Positions 47,914 to 58,541 of a stretch of DNA of 64,000 nt are shown here, piece by piece. Under the pieces are notes generated by a model. That model ran no database searches, was not told the DNA's origin, and saw only the letters and a list, made by a program, of their open reading frames with translations. The position numbers were made by a program, and so were the translations under genes. Origin of the DNA: Candidatus Multivoradales bacterium. Its GTDB lineage: Bacteria > Acidobacteriota > Thermoanaerobaculia > Multivoradales > JAHEKO01. Each line of letters begins with the position of its first letter. Position 1 is the first letter of the stretch. Location: positions 832,001 to 896,000 of the forward strand of contig CBDCXM010000009.1 in the NCBI GenBank assembly GCA_965223855.1, written 5' to 3'.

Positions 47914-49086
47914 TCAGTTCGCCTTCCGGTAAGGCCTCACGTAAGGCGTCTCGTCCGCCCGCGCCTTGCGCTGCCAGCGCCAGACGAGGAGCAGCAGCAG
48001 TGCCGCGACGACGATCCAGAAGACCTTGAGGCACGGATCTCGGTGGACGTGCTCGGGCTTCTCCGGGTGCGGCGGCGCGAGGTACGGGAACTCGGCCGCG
48101 AATGGCTTGTCGTTGACCGTCTTGCGCGGCCAGCCCCCCTCGATGAAGGCGACCTCCTGGAGGACGCAGTCGCCCTGGGCGCAGGTCAGCCCGGCGACGT
48201 CGTCCTCGAGGCGCCGGCCGTTGGGAAAGCCGGGCGCGCGGGAGTCGCTGTAGATGAGGACGTCGGGGAAGACGTCGTAGTCGCGCACCTGGAGGACGTA
48301 CTGGTAGAGGCCCTGGAGCGCGCTCACCGGCATCAGGTGCTCCATCAGGTGGGCGAGCACCTTCTGCACCCGGTTACCGCCGGCGAGGCGCTTCTCGACC
48401 GCTGCGACGTGCTCGTCGGGCGGCAGGGTGTTGAGAAAGTCGAGGCGGCCGAGCTGGGTGCGGTTGGAGCGGCCGACGAGGTCGATCTGCTCGCCTTTGC
48501 CGGCCTTGGTGGTCGTCGCCCAGACGAGCATCGAGCCGCTGGGGATCGCACTCCTGGGGAGCGCCACGGCCATGGCGATCACGTTGGTGCCGAAGAAGCG
48601 GGGGAAGATGAACGGGTCGTCGTAGACCCCGCTCGCGACCTTCGCTCCGGCGCCGGAGATCCCCTCGTAGCGCGGGTAGCCCTCCGTGAGGTCGCCCTTC
48701 TCGTCGAGCCGGAAGCGCAGTGACACGTCGGCGGAGATCCCCTCCGGATTGGGAATGCTGCCGCCGTAGCGGGCGAGCTCGGAGTCGTTGCCGAACATCA
48801 CCCGGCTGTGGTGGTCGATGTGGATCGCATACTCGAACTTCTCGAGGTCGTAGGGGGGCGTCGAGGTGAGGCCGCGGTGGAGGGTGAGGATGAACACCAG
48901 ATCGTCGCCTTCGGGAAAGACGAACAGGCCGGTGAGGCCGGCGTCGAGGTTGCTCAGGGTGATCGGGTCGGCGTGGTCGGAAGCGCCCGCGGCGGCCGCG
49001 ACGAGCAGGAGCGCCGCCAGGAAGGCGGCCGCAGTGCCAGTACGAGTGCCAGTGCCGGTGCCAGTGCCAGTTCGAGAGCGGCTCAT
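47914..49086 (-). CDS. DUF4331-like exported protein with C-terminal membrane anchor
   Basis: Own ATG at 49086 (ATGA overlap with the true GMC stop); signal then ASDHADP; DDPFIF; GFPNGRRLEDDV; FPYLAPP; C-terminal TM. Confidence 0.78.
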   Translation of the reverse strand: MSRSRTGTGTGTGTRTGTAAAFLAALLLVAAAAGASDHADPITLSNLDAGLTGLFVFPEGDDLVFILTLHRGLTSTPPYDLEKFEYAIHIDHHSRVMFGNDSELARYGGSIPNPEGISADVSLRFRLDEKGDLTEGYPRYEGISGAGAKVASGVYDDPFIFPRFFGTNVIAMAVALPRSAIPSGSMLVWATTTKAGKGEQIDLVGRSNRTQLGRLDFLNTLPPDEHVAAVEKRLAGGNRVQKVLAHLMEHLMPVSALQGLYQYVLQVRDYDVFPDVLIYSDSRAPGFPNGRRLEDDVAGLTCAQGDCVLQEVAFIEGGWPRKTVNDKPFAAEFPYLAPPHPEKPEHVHRDPCLKVFWIVVAALLLLLVWRWQRKARADETPYVRPYRKAN

Positions 49087-51039
49087 GACGCCGCCGCCTT
49101 GGCGAGGATGACGTCCGCCGCCTTCTCGCCGATCGTGTAGATCGACGAGACGATGAAGAAGCCGGGGATCTTCGGGAACACCGAGGCGTCGACGATCCGC
49201 AGGTTCTCGACCCCGTGGACCTCGAAGTCGCCGTTGACGACGCCGTTCCTGTTGCGCGGTCCGATCGGGCAGGTGCACGAGGCGTGGTGGCCCCAGGCAC
49301 GGTCCTTGACCCACTGGGCGATGCTCGGCGTCGCTGTGCGACCCCCGGGCCCCGGGCGACTCCTCCTCGGCGATGGTCCCGTCGGCCAGCAGCGGCGCCG
49401 TCATCTTGCGAACGAAGCGGATCCCTTCGACTACCGCCCGGACGTCGTCGTCCGATTCGTCGTTGCCCTCGTCGAAGTACTTGAAGTTGATTTCCGGGGT
49501 ATCCCTCGGGTCCGCCGAGCGGAGCCTGACGTAGCCGGACGTGTTGTTGGTGTGCGCCTTGAGGATGGCCCAGGTGAGGTAGTTGAGGTTCCTGGCGAAG
49601 AGCGACGAGTAGCTCGGGAAGTAGCCGCGGAAGAGTCCGAGCAGCCCGAAGACAAAGAGGTCGGGCAGCGGCCGCTCGGGGAGGGAGCGTTTGATGACGG
49701 CAAGCACCGCTCCGTTGGTCGTGTAGACACCGCGCCGCTTCTTCCACTGCTCGAACTGCGGATCCCCCGGAGCGAACTTCGCCCCCTGGAGCACTTCCCA
49801 GGTGTCGAAGTTCATCCGGTTGACGATGCCGACTTCGTAGCGATCCTGGAGATTCTGTCCGACGCCCGGCAAGGGCACGAGACAGTCGATCGAGTGCTCT
49901 TCGAGGTGCGCGGGGTCTCCGATGCCGGAGAGCATCAGGAGTTGCGGGGTGTTGAAGGCGCCGCCGGCGAGAATCACCTCGCCATCCGTCATCGCCTGGC
50001 GCACCTCGCCACGGTCCTGAGAGGGGTCGAAGCTCGCTCGATAGAGGCGCGACCCTTTGAGGTACTCGACGCCGACCGCGCGCGTGCCGTCGAAGAGTAC
50101 CCGCGTCGCCAGAGCGTCGAGTTCGATCGTCAGCGGGTGCTTCTTCGCGACCTCTAGGAGGCGCTCACGGGTGCCGTTGCGCCGGCGCTTTCGCGTGGCC
50201 AACGGCGGATAGCGCAACCCGGTGGCGTTGCGCTGCGTGAGTCGCCAGTCGTTCGGTTCGCCCTTACCCTCGATGAACCAGCGGATCCGGCTTTCCTTGC
50301 TTCCTCCCTCGAACTTGATCGCCGCCTTCGCGGACTTGCGGATCGTGCGAATCAGCTTGCGGTCCTTGATCAGAGCGAGGAGGGGGATCGCCTTCTCGGT
50401 ACTGAGCCAACCCTTGAACCCGTGCTTGGACGGGTTGAGACCGAGCTTGCTCAGGAACCGGAGAAACGGCCGGTAGTGGCAGTTCTCCAGGCGCTGGAAG
50501 TACCTGCGCATGTTCGGCGTAGACCAGGAGCGGTCGCCGGTGAGGCTCTCGATGTAGTCCCAGTCGGCGTTGTGCGGGTAGACGGTGATCATGGCGTTGT
50601 GCGCCGTGCAGCCGCCGAGGGTTCCGGCGCGCGGGTAGAGGATGCCGCGAGCGGGCTCCTCCACAGGGCCGACCGCGACATCCGGCCGACCGCCTTTCCC
50701 TGTGACCGGATCCTTCGGCGGCTCGCTCTCCTGTGACCAGTCGTCGCTGTACTTGGGGTCGCGCTTGCGCCGCTCCGGGTCGGAGTAGTGATCGACGAAG
50801 AAGTCCCACTTCATCGCGTTGTTCTCGGACGAGATCGCGTGGAACACCGGCACCTGGTAGTCCTCCGGCAGCCGGTTGTTCTCCGGATCGACCGCGTCGG
50901 CCCCCTGGAGGTGGATCGGGTCGCCGCCCGCTTCGAGCAGCAGCACCCGCTTGCCCGCCTCGGCGAGGCGCGCGGCCACGGTGCCGCCGCCGGCGCCCGA
51001 GCCGACGACGATGTAGTCGTACCTGGTCTCAGTGCTCAT
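49083..51039 (-). CDS. GMC family oxidoreductase (choline dehydrogenase-like), frameshift near 49324
   Basis: VGSGAGGG, YPRAGTLGGCTAHN, GGAFNTPQLLMLSGIG, GVGQNLQD; C-terminus WGHHASCTCPIG...LRIVDASVFP...GEKAAD lies in another frame and ends at 49083. Confidence 0.88.
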
Positions 51040-51127
51040 CCTGCACTCCCCTCTCGACGATGTGCCCCGACCCGCACGGCGGGAATCGCTGTGCGGACCG
51101 GGGAGGAAACTCGGATCGTCATCACGC

Positions 51128-53661
51128 TCAGAGTGTCTTCAAGTACTCGATCAGCGCCCACTTGTCGTCGTCCGACAGCCCAGGCTCCTGATCGAACCAG
51201 TCGGTGCCGAAGTAGTGGCCGCGGTTGACGACGAAGTCGGGACACTTGTTGAGCGCCAGCAGGTCGGGCACCAGGTTCGAGAAGGCGCTGCGCGCCTGCT
51301 CGTCGCTGGCGTCCTGCGGCAGATGCTTGAGATCGCGAATCGCGGTCTTGAGGAAGTGCACCAGCATCTTGGCGTGCTCGGCGCGCGCCGACAGGCTGCG
51401 GTCTTCCGACAGCGGATTCAGGTTCGCCAGCAGATTGACCGGAGTGCCGGCCGGGATCGGGCCGAGCTCGATCGCCTGCGTCCTCGAGGTTGACCCACGG
51501 GAAGAAGCGGGCGATACCGCCGAGTGCCTGGAGGCTTCTTCGGCAGGTAGCCTACCGGCACCTTGAGATAGCTGCGCTCGGTGGTGCGGTACATGTAGCC
51601 CGGCAGATCGACGGCGATCGAGTCGGGGAGCCCCAGCTCGGCGACGTGCTGGCGGTCGGTCTTGCGCTTCTCCGGCCACAGCATCTTCTGGATCGAGTCG
51701 TCGAACGACGCCATCCGCGACTCGACCGACGGCAGATAGTGGAAGTCGCCGACCGAGTTGTTGAGCAGATAGGGCGCCTGCGACCACAGGCTGATGAGTG
51801 ACGCGGGCCGCGTGTAGCCGCGGCCGCCGCCCGGCATGTCGTACTCGTAGGGCTCACCGGTGAACGGATGGTGCACCGTGTACTTGCCGACCGCCGGCAG
51901 CTCCTTGTAGGTCTGCGACGAGAAGTTGTCCCAGATGTCGTTGGCGATCGCGTTGGTGGCGAGCGGCGAGCAGGCGTTGGTGCCCAGAAGCGTCACCGGG
52001 ATCCGCACCTCGGTTGACAGAAAGTTGTCGGCGAGGAAGTCGTCCGCCATCACCATCTCGGTCATCGCGGTCTTGAACTCGTCGGTCTTGGTGTACTCCC
52101 AGTAGGCGTCCCACTCGTGAGGGCGTCTTGCCCTCGGGCAGCTCCGGCAGCTTGCCGGAGTGGCAGCGGGCGCAGGTCTGGGCGAACACCTCCTTGCCGC
52201 GGGTCATCTGCGGATCGTCGTCGGCGATCAGGTACTCCTCACCGCCCGGGGCATCGCGCAGGTAGTCGGGCGGTGCCGTCCTGGCGAAGAAGAGCGCCAC
52301 GTCGGGTGTCTGGAGCTCGTTGGCGTTCCAGTAGGTCGAGTTCTCGCGCGCCACCGAAATCTCGATCGGAGTGATCACCTTGCCGCCGATCAGCTGGTTG
52401 AAGTGCAGCAGCCACTCCTCGCTGAAGAGACCGATGTTGAGGTAGACCGGTTGAGCGCTCCGAGAATGCCGACCGCGTCGGCGCCGTCCTTGAGGACGTG
52501 CGGGGTGAGCACGGTGTCCGGCGCCTCGAAGTACTCGGAGAGGAACTTCGTCTGCTCGTAGTCGTTGAACTGCGCGTTGTCGAGACCACCCCCCGCGAGC
52601 TTCTCGCGGCCGTACTTCTTGGCCGGGCCGAGCCGTGCGCCGATCGAGTAGACGGCGTTCATCGTGCGCGGGTTGTTGATGTTGTCGGTCGATACGAACG
52701 AGGTGTCGAGCGCGCCCGGCGGCGAGGTGTGGAACAGCTGCCAGGCGAAGTTGGTGGTGTCGGGGTCCCAGAAGAAAATGCGGTCGATCCAGAAGTACTG
52801 GGCGCCCGGATTCGACGTCAGGTTGGCCCACTCCGGGTTCTCGGCGTCGGCCGGCGGGTTGGTCGGGTCGGGCCCGACGTGGCAGAAGCCGCACGACATG
52901 CCGACGCGGTAGGGGCGCACCAGGTCCTTGTCGTTGTAGTAGGACGGGTCGGTGTAGAAGCGATCCGGGTCCCAGTTCGCCTCGGCCTCCTCGTCGAACG
53001 CCGGATTCGGGAAGACCCTCAAGCCGACGATGCCGGAGGCGTAGCCGTAGTAGGAGCCGGCTTCGATGTTGTCGCCGCGCGCGCCGATCTCGACGCCCGG
53101 GTACTTCTCCTCGTTCTCGAACGGGTCGGGCGGGCAGTCGCCGTCGCGCACGTCGAGCCACAGGCCGTGGCGGTCCTCACGCCCGGAGGTGGCCTTCGAG
53201 AAGCACGGTTCGTTGACGAGGCCGAAGTACTTCCAGCGGTTGTCGCGACTCGCCTCGTACCACTTGCCGGGGCCGTCGTCGCAGTAGGAGGCGGGGTAGG
53301 TCTCCCAGCCGTAGTAGGCGTCGCCGCAGTACTTGAGACTGGGGTGCGACGACAGGGTCTTCAGCAGGTCGATGGAGCCGAAACTCGTGTTGGCGAGGTG
53401 GTCCCAGAAGCGGTCGTTGCCGGCCGTCCAGGCGATCCAGTTGTTGCGGCCGATGACCTCGTTGCGGGTCAGCTCGACCCCGCGGTCCATGTCGTGGAAG
53501 TAGTCCTCGTCGGCGCCGGGAAGGTCCTCGGCGCTCAGTCCGGCGAGCATCGCCTCGTCTTTGACTTCACCCGGCTTCGGGCCGTGATCCCTGAGGCGGT
53601 TGAAAACGACGATCCCGACGATCAAGGCCAGGATCAGTCCGATGACGACCAGCGCTTTCAT
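51128..53661 (-). CDS. Large membrane-anchored di-heme cytochrome c (RoxA/cytochrome c peroxidase-like superfamily), about four frameshifts
   Basis: N-terminal TM; CGFCH and CARCH heme motifs; SLWSQAPYLLNNSV; GHYFG...DDDKWALIEYLKTL; frame changes near 52449, 52120, 51532 and 51480. Confidence 0.8.
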
Positions 53662-53820
53662 GTCTCTCTCCTCCCCGATGAGTTGTCGATGCGTATGCCC
53701 GGGCACACGATCGGTGGAGCAGGTTCACGAGCGCGCCGGGGCCTCTCCCGGGCCCGGCGGTTGTCGTCGTGAACCTCCGGCGGCTCGAGCCGCCCGATGA
53801 CGCCTTGAAGATTTGTCAAG

Positions 53821-53850
53821 ACGGTATGAATCTTTTCGTGCAAGTGTCAA
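53821..53850 (-). promoter_or_regulatory. Sigma70-type promoter TTGACA-N18-TACCGT for the cytochrome c operon
   Basis: Forward tgtcaa at 53845-53850 and acggta at 53821-53826 in an AT-richer intergenic patch; second TTGACA at 53814-53819. Confidence 0.55.
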
Positions 53851-53953
53851 GTCCGGAGTTGCGCCGGTTCCGGTGCCGGAAGCTGAATCGGGCCTCTGTA
53901 GAGACAGGCCCGTGAGCCGCGACTTCGTTACGCGCGGCGGTAGGATTCGCCGG

Positions 53954-55339
53954 ATGCGAAGGGTCTCGACGGGGTGGATTCGCGCGGCCGCGGGTGTCGC
54001 AGCTGCCGTCGGACTGTCGCTGGGCGTGGCCGCCTGTTCCGGGGCCGGAGCGCGTCTCCCCGAGGGGTACCCGGCGCCGGAGCGACCGGTGGTCCTCGTT
54101 CCCGGCATCACCGGCTCGGCGCTCAGGACTCCCGAGAGGCGGGTCGCCTTCGGCACCGCGCGACAGCTCTTCCTGCCCCGTGACGGCGGCTATCTCCTCA
54201 CCCGGGCGCTCGACGGCTCGAGCCCGGCGTTCGATGCCTTCGACCTGCTCCGCGAGATCGACCTCGGGTTCTATCGCAAGCCGATCTACCAGCCGTTGAT
54301 CGACCTGCTCGGCGCGGTGGGCTACCCGCTCGGCGATCCCGAGCGGCCGACCGCGAGTCCGCAGCTCTATCCGTTCGCCTACGACTGGCGCCAGGACAAC
54401 CTCGACAACGCCGCCCGTCTCGCCGTCACCTTGAGGCGGATCGCCGACGCCTCCGGCGGGCGGGTCGATCTGATCTGCCAGAGCAACGGCGCGCACCTGT
54501 GTCGCTGGGCAGCGCGCTACGGCGAGCTGGGGCTCGAGAAGGCGGAGAGCGTCGAGAAGGGGGCGGAGATCGCGGTGCACCGCCCGCCGCTCGGGCGCCT
54601 CGTCCTGGTCGGCACCTCGAACGGCGGCAGCCTGCGGATCCTCCAGGAGATGAATCGCGGGCGACGCTATCTGCCGCTCGTCGGCCGGCGCTTCCTGCCC
54701 GAGACCTTCTTCACCTTCCCGTCGCTCTACCTCGACCTGCCGTTCGACTCGACCGATCTCTTCGTCGACGCCGCCGGCGAGCGGCTCGACATCGACCTTC
54801 ACGACTCCGCGTCCTGGGAGCGCTACGGGTGGTCGATCTTCGCTCCCGAGAGCAGCGTGCGCGCCGACCGGCACAGCGGGCTCTTCGGTACCCGAGAGGA
54901 GCGCCGCTCCTACCTCGAGCGGCAGCTCGAGCGTTCGCGCCGCGCCCAGACGCTCCTCGGCACCGGCGTCTCACCGCCGGACGCGGTGAGCTATCACCTG
55001 ATCGAGAACGGCTCGGCGCCGACGTCGCGACGGGCGATGGTCGAGCGTCGCGGCGCACGCTGGCGGACCCTCTTCGCCGGCGACCGCGGAGTGACGGCGG
55101 CGGCCAGGCGGCGGCTCACGGAGGCGGGAGACGGTCACTCGGTGCTGGCGAGCCAGCGACGTCTGACGCCGGCCGAGGCGGCCGTGCTGGCGCCGCCGAA
55201 GGCAGTCGGCGGCGGCCACTTCGAGATGCTGCAGGAGGCGGAGACCGAGCGCTATCTGCTGGATGTGCTGGCGCTGCCGCTGCCGCCGGCGTCGTTGGCT
55301 GCCGGCTCCGGGAACGCCTCCAACCCGTCGTCGAAGTAG
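53954..55339 (+). CDS. LCAT/PGAP1-like lipase-acyltransferase, lipoprotein
   Basis: Lipobox VAAC; LVPGITGS, FAYDWRQD, atypical elbow LICQSNG, GDGHSV, GGHFEM. Confidence 0.78.
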   Translation: MRRVSTGWIRAAAGVAAAVGLSLGVAACSGAGARLPEGYPAPERPVVLVPGITGSALRTPERRVAFGTARQLFLPRDGGYLLTRALDGSSPAFDAFDLLREIDLGFYRKPIYQPLIDLLGAVGYPLGDPERPTASPQLYPFAYDWRQDNLDNAARLAVTLRRIADASGGRVDLICQSNGAHLCRWAARYGELGLEKAESVEKGAEIAVHRPPLGRLVLVGTSNGGSLRILQEMNRGRRYLPLVGRRFLPETFFTFPSLYLDLPFDSTDLFVDAAGERLDIDLHDSASWERYGWSIFAPESSVRADRHSGLFGTREERRSYLERQLERSRRAQTLLGTGVSPPDAVSYHLIENGSAPTSRRAMVERRGARWRTLFAGDRGVTAAARRRLTEAGDGHSVLASQRRLTPAEAAVLAPPKAVGGGHFEMLQEAETERYLLDVLALPLPPASLAAGSGNASNPSSK

Positions 55340-56247
55340 CGCCGCAGCACCTCGGCCAGTGCCGCCGGGCTTTCCTCCATCGGCAGGTGGCCGATGCCGG
55401 GGAGTTCGACGAACCGGTAGGCGGAGAGGACACGGGCGGCGCGGCGGGCGGAGTCGGCGGTGATGAGGGTGTCTTCGCTCCCCCAGACGAGCAGCGTCGG
55501 CAGCTCGATGTCGGCCAGCTCGACCTCACCCTGCGGGTCACGCAGCGGGGCGGTGAGCCCCCAGAAGGCACGCGGCGTCCCCTCGATCGTCAGTCTCTGG
55601 TGGTAGGCGTCGACCAGCTCTTCGGTGACGATCGAGTCGTCGGCCGTCGAGCGCTGGAGCCCCTCGCGCACCCGGCCGCGCCGCAGATTGAGGCGGACGA
55701 AGGCGCCGGCCAGAGGGCGGAAGGCCGCTGCCGCGCTGCGTCGAGCGCTCGGATAGTCGGGGGCGGCGAGTCGACCAGCGTGAGCGACGAGAAGCGCTCG
55801 GGGGCGCGCGCCGCCAGCGCGCTCGAGATCGAGCCGCCGTAGGAGTGACCGACCAGGTGGGCTCGCTCGATACCCAGCGCGTCGAGCACGCCGATCACCA
55901 TCTCCCCCTGGGCGAAGCGCGAGTAGGCGGCCCGCTCGCGCGGCCGTCTCGTCAGCCCGAAGCCGTGAAGGTCGATCGCGAGCACCCGGTAGCCGCCGGC
56001 GACGAGATCGGCCGAGACGTCCCGCCACGAGTAGGTCGAGGCGCCGAAGCCGTGCAGCAGGACGACCGCCGGCCCGATCGCCCGTGTCCTCGACGTGCAC
56101 CAGCCCGTCGCCGACCTCGACGAAGCGGCCGCGGCCGAGCTCCCGGCGGGCGGTCTCGAACGGGGTGAAGCCGACACAGCCGCCAAGGAAGGCGGTCAGC
56201 ACGACAGCGACGAGGACCGATCGCGGCGCGACAGCGATGCGCTTCAC
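55252..56247 (-). CDS. Alpha/beta hydrolase, two frameshifts (near 56080 and 55765)
   Basis: Lipoprotein-like N-terminus, LLHGFGAS, GHSYGG, VWGSEDTL and GIGHLPMEE spread over alternating frames. Confidence 0.8.
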   Translation of the reverse strand: MKRIAVAPRSVLVAVVLTAFLGGCVGFTPFETARRELGRGRFVEVGDGLVHVEDTGDRAGGRPAARLRRLDLLVAGRLGRSRRRRLPGARDRPSRLRADETAARAGRLLALRPGGDGDRRARRAGYRASPPGRSLLRRLDLERAGGARPRALLVAHAGRLAAPDYPSARRSAAAAFRPLAGAFVRLNLRRGRVREGLQRSTADDSIVTEELVDAYHQRLTIEGTPRAFWGLTAPLRDPQGEVELADIELPTLLVWGSEDTLITADSARRAARVLSAYRFVELPGIGHLPMEESPAALAEVLRRYFDDGLEAFPEPAANDAGGSGSASTSSR

Positions 56248-56255
56248 GTCGGCGC

Positions 56256-57678
56256 CTAAGGCTCGCTCGGAGGAGCCGGGAATGCGGCGATCGCGTCGCG
56301 GTAGCTGCGGGCGCGTTCCAGCGCGGCGTCGCGATCGACGGTCAGCACCCGGCGGTCGCGCACGACGATTCGCCCGTCGACGATCACCGTCTCGACGTCC
56401 GCCGCTCCGGTCGAGTAGCTCAGCAGCGAGTACGGGTCGAACCACGGCTCCTGATGCGGCGCATCGGTCGTCACGACGATCAGGTCGGCACGCTTGCCCG
56501 GCTCGAGCGAGCCGATGCGCTCGTCGAGATCGATCGCCTGCGCCCCGCCCAGCGTCGCCATGTGGAGCGCCTCGTAGGCGTCGACGACCGTCGGGTCGCC
56601 GGTCGTCACCTTGTGCAGCTTGGCGGCGGTGTCGATCTCGTCCCACAGCTCGAGGTCGTTGTTGGACGCCGCGCCGTCGGTGCCGAGACCGACCGCGACG
56701 CCCGCCTCGAGTAGCGCCGGAACCGGTGCTACTCCGGCGGCGATCTTCATATTCGACTGCGGGCAGTGGGCGACGCCGACGCCACGCTCGGCCAGAAGCG
56801 CGATCTCCTCACCATCGGGCCACACCATGTGCGCGGCGAGCATCCGATCGTCGAGCACCCCGAGGCGGTCGAGCCAGCGCACCGACGACGTGCCGGTGCG
56901 CGCGGTCACCGACTCGATCTCCTTGCGGTCCTCGGCGAGGTGGATCAGGAGCGGGGTTCCGAGTTCGGCGGCGAGGGCGTGCGCCTCGCGCAGGTGCGCG
57001 TCGGAGACCGTGTAGGGGGCGTGCGGCGCCACCGCGGCGACGATCCGCTCGTGGCCGCGCCAGCGCTCGACGAAGCGACGCGTGGCGGCGACCATCGCCT
57101 CCCAGCTCTCGTTGTCGGGTGCCGGGAAGTCGATCAGCGTCTGTCCGAGCACCGCGCGGATGCCGCACGCCTCGGCCTCCTCGGCGATCGCGTCCTCGAA
57201 GTAGTACATGTCGACCACGGTGGTCACGCCGCCCATGAGCAGCTCGACGCACGCCAGCCGGGTGCCCCAACGGACGAACTGCTCGTCGACGAACTCCGCC
57301 TCGGCCGGGAAGATGTGGTTCTCGAGCCAGTCCATCAGCTCGAGATCGTCGGCGATGCCGCGGAAGAGCACCATCGGCAGGTGGGTGTGAGCGTTGACGA
57401 GCCCCGGCAGGACGACGCGGCCGCCGGCGTCGATCCGCTCGACGGCCTCGAACTCCGCCTCGATCTCGCTGCGCGGGCCGACGGCGACGATCTCGCCGCC
57501 CTCGCACCGCCACCGCACCGTCATCGAAGCGCGCGCGCTCGGCGTTCATCGTCAGCACCGTGCCGCCCGAGACGATCAGATCGACCGTCTCCGGTTCGGC
57601 AGCACCCGGGAGCGTCGCGAAGGCGAGCAGGAGGGCGACGCTGGAAGTGCGCAGCCGGGCCGAGGTCGCCGTCCACAT
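56256..57678 (-). CDS. MtaD/TrzA/AtzA-type amidohydrolase (nucleoside deaminase-like) with signal peptide, frameshift near 57505
   Basis: PGLVNAHTH, APHAPY, IHLAE, AAHMV, HCPQSNMK, GTDGAASNN; N-terminus DLIVSGGTVLTM in another frame. Confidence 0.85.
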
Positions 57679-57740
57679 GGTCGGGCGATCCTGTCACAGG
57701 GGCGGCGACCTCTCGGCGGTGGCTCTGAGAGACTGACAGC

Positions 57741-58541
57741 ATGAGGAAGGTCGCTCCATCGGCGCGAGGATGGCTCTTGCTGGTCTGCGTCTTCTGCGCC
57801 TCCTGCGGCTTGCTGCCGAGCGATGGAGGAAGGGTTCTCCAGGCTCACCTCGATGAGGTGTGGGCGAAGTGTCGCGTGCCGATCGGCGAGCGGATGCGGG
57901 TCGCGGGCGACCCGAACGGACCACCTCCCGCCGGCGCCCTCGGCGAGCGGCAGCTCGACGAGCTTCGCAGGTGGGAGACGGCGGGTTTTGTGACCCTCAT
58001 GCCGATCGGAGGCCCGGTGAGGGCTACCGCTTTCGACCTCTGCTACTTGGCGCGGGACTGCTCGAAGAGTTGGCCGGAAGCCGTGGTCGGGGCCGTTCCC
58101 ACCGAGGAGGGATTGAGGAGGGCCAGTATCGAGAGCTCTGAAACCTCTCCGAGTGGCAGGATCCTGGTCGCCGACTGCGGCAGCGTCGAGGTCGTTCGGC
58201 TGCTGGACGACGAGCTGTTCGAGAGCGGTGAGAGTCGCTACCGAGTGGTGGAAGCGGTCGTCCGCCGCGAGCCCAACGACACCTGGTCTCAAATTCGGCG
58301 ACGCGACCTCTCACAAGGGCGCAGCCGCTTCGCCTTGCGCCAGCTCTTTCACCTCGACCCCGTGGAGAGCGCCTGGGTAGCGACGGAGGACTTCGACCTC
58401 GGCGATGCGACCGGCGTCTTCGACAGCAACTTCGTCGGGCTGTCGCTGGCGGGTCGCGGAATTTCGCATCCCTGGTCAGAAGCGAGGGCGGCAGAGATCA
58501 GGCAGCTCTGGCGCCGGCCGCTCGAGGGCGGCGTCGAGTAG
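57741..58541 (+). CDS. Hypothetical lipoprotein/exported protein
   Basis: Signal with CASC; GAGACT 6 nt before ATG; no family recognised. Confidence 0.6.
   Translation: MRKVAPSARGWLLLVCVFCASCGLLPSDGGRVLQAHLDEVWAKCRVPIGERMRVAGDPNGPPPAGALGERQLDELRRWETAGFVTLMPIGGPVRATAFDLCYLARDCSKSWPEAVVGAVPTEEGLRRASIESSETSPSGRILVADCGSVEVVRLLDDELFESGESRYRVVEAVVRREPNDTWSQIRRRDLSQGRSRFALRQLFHLDPVESAWVATEDFDLGDATGVFDSNFVGLSLAGRGISHPWSEARAAEIRQLWRRPLEGGVE

Noticed and set aside
49033-49071. Hexamer repeat (gtgcca)n as a phase-variation tract
   Set aside because: Imperfect and in frame (encodes TGTGTG in the signal region), so copy-number change would not switch expression.
47914-51039. 1041-aa GMC-DUF4331 fusion ORF
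   Set aside because: The GMC C-terminus (WGHHASC...DASVFP) is in another frame and ends at 49083, and the DUF4331-like gene has its own ATG and signal peptide; a frameshift artefact.
53805-53819. TTGA-N7-TCAA palindrome as an FNR box
   Set aside because: One base longer than TTGAT-N4-ATCAA with mismatched half-sites; an operator is possible but cannot be assigned.
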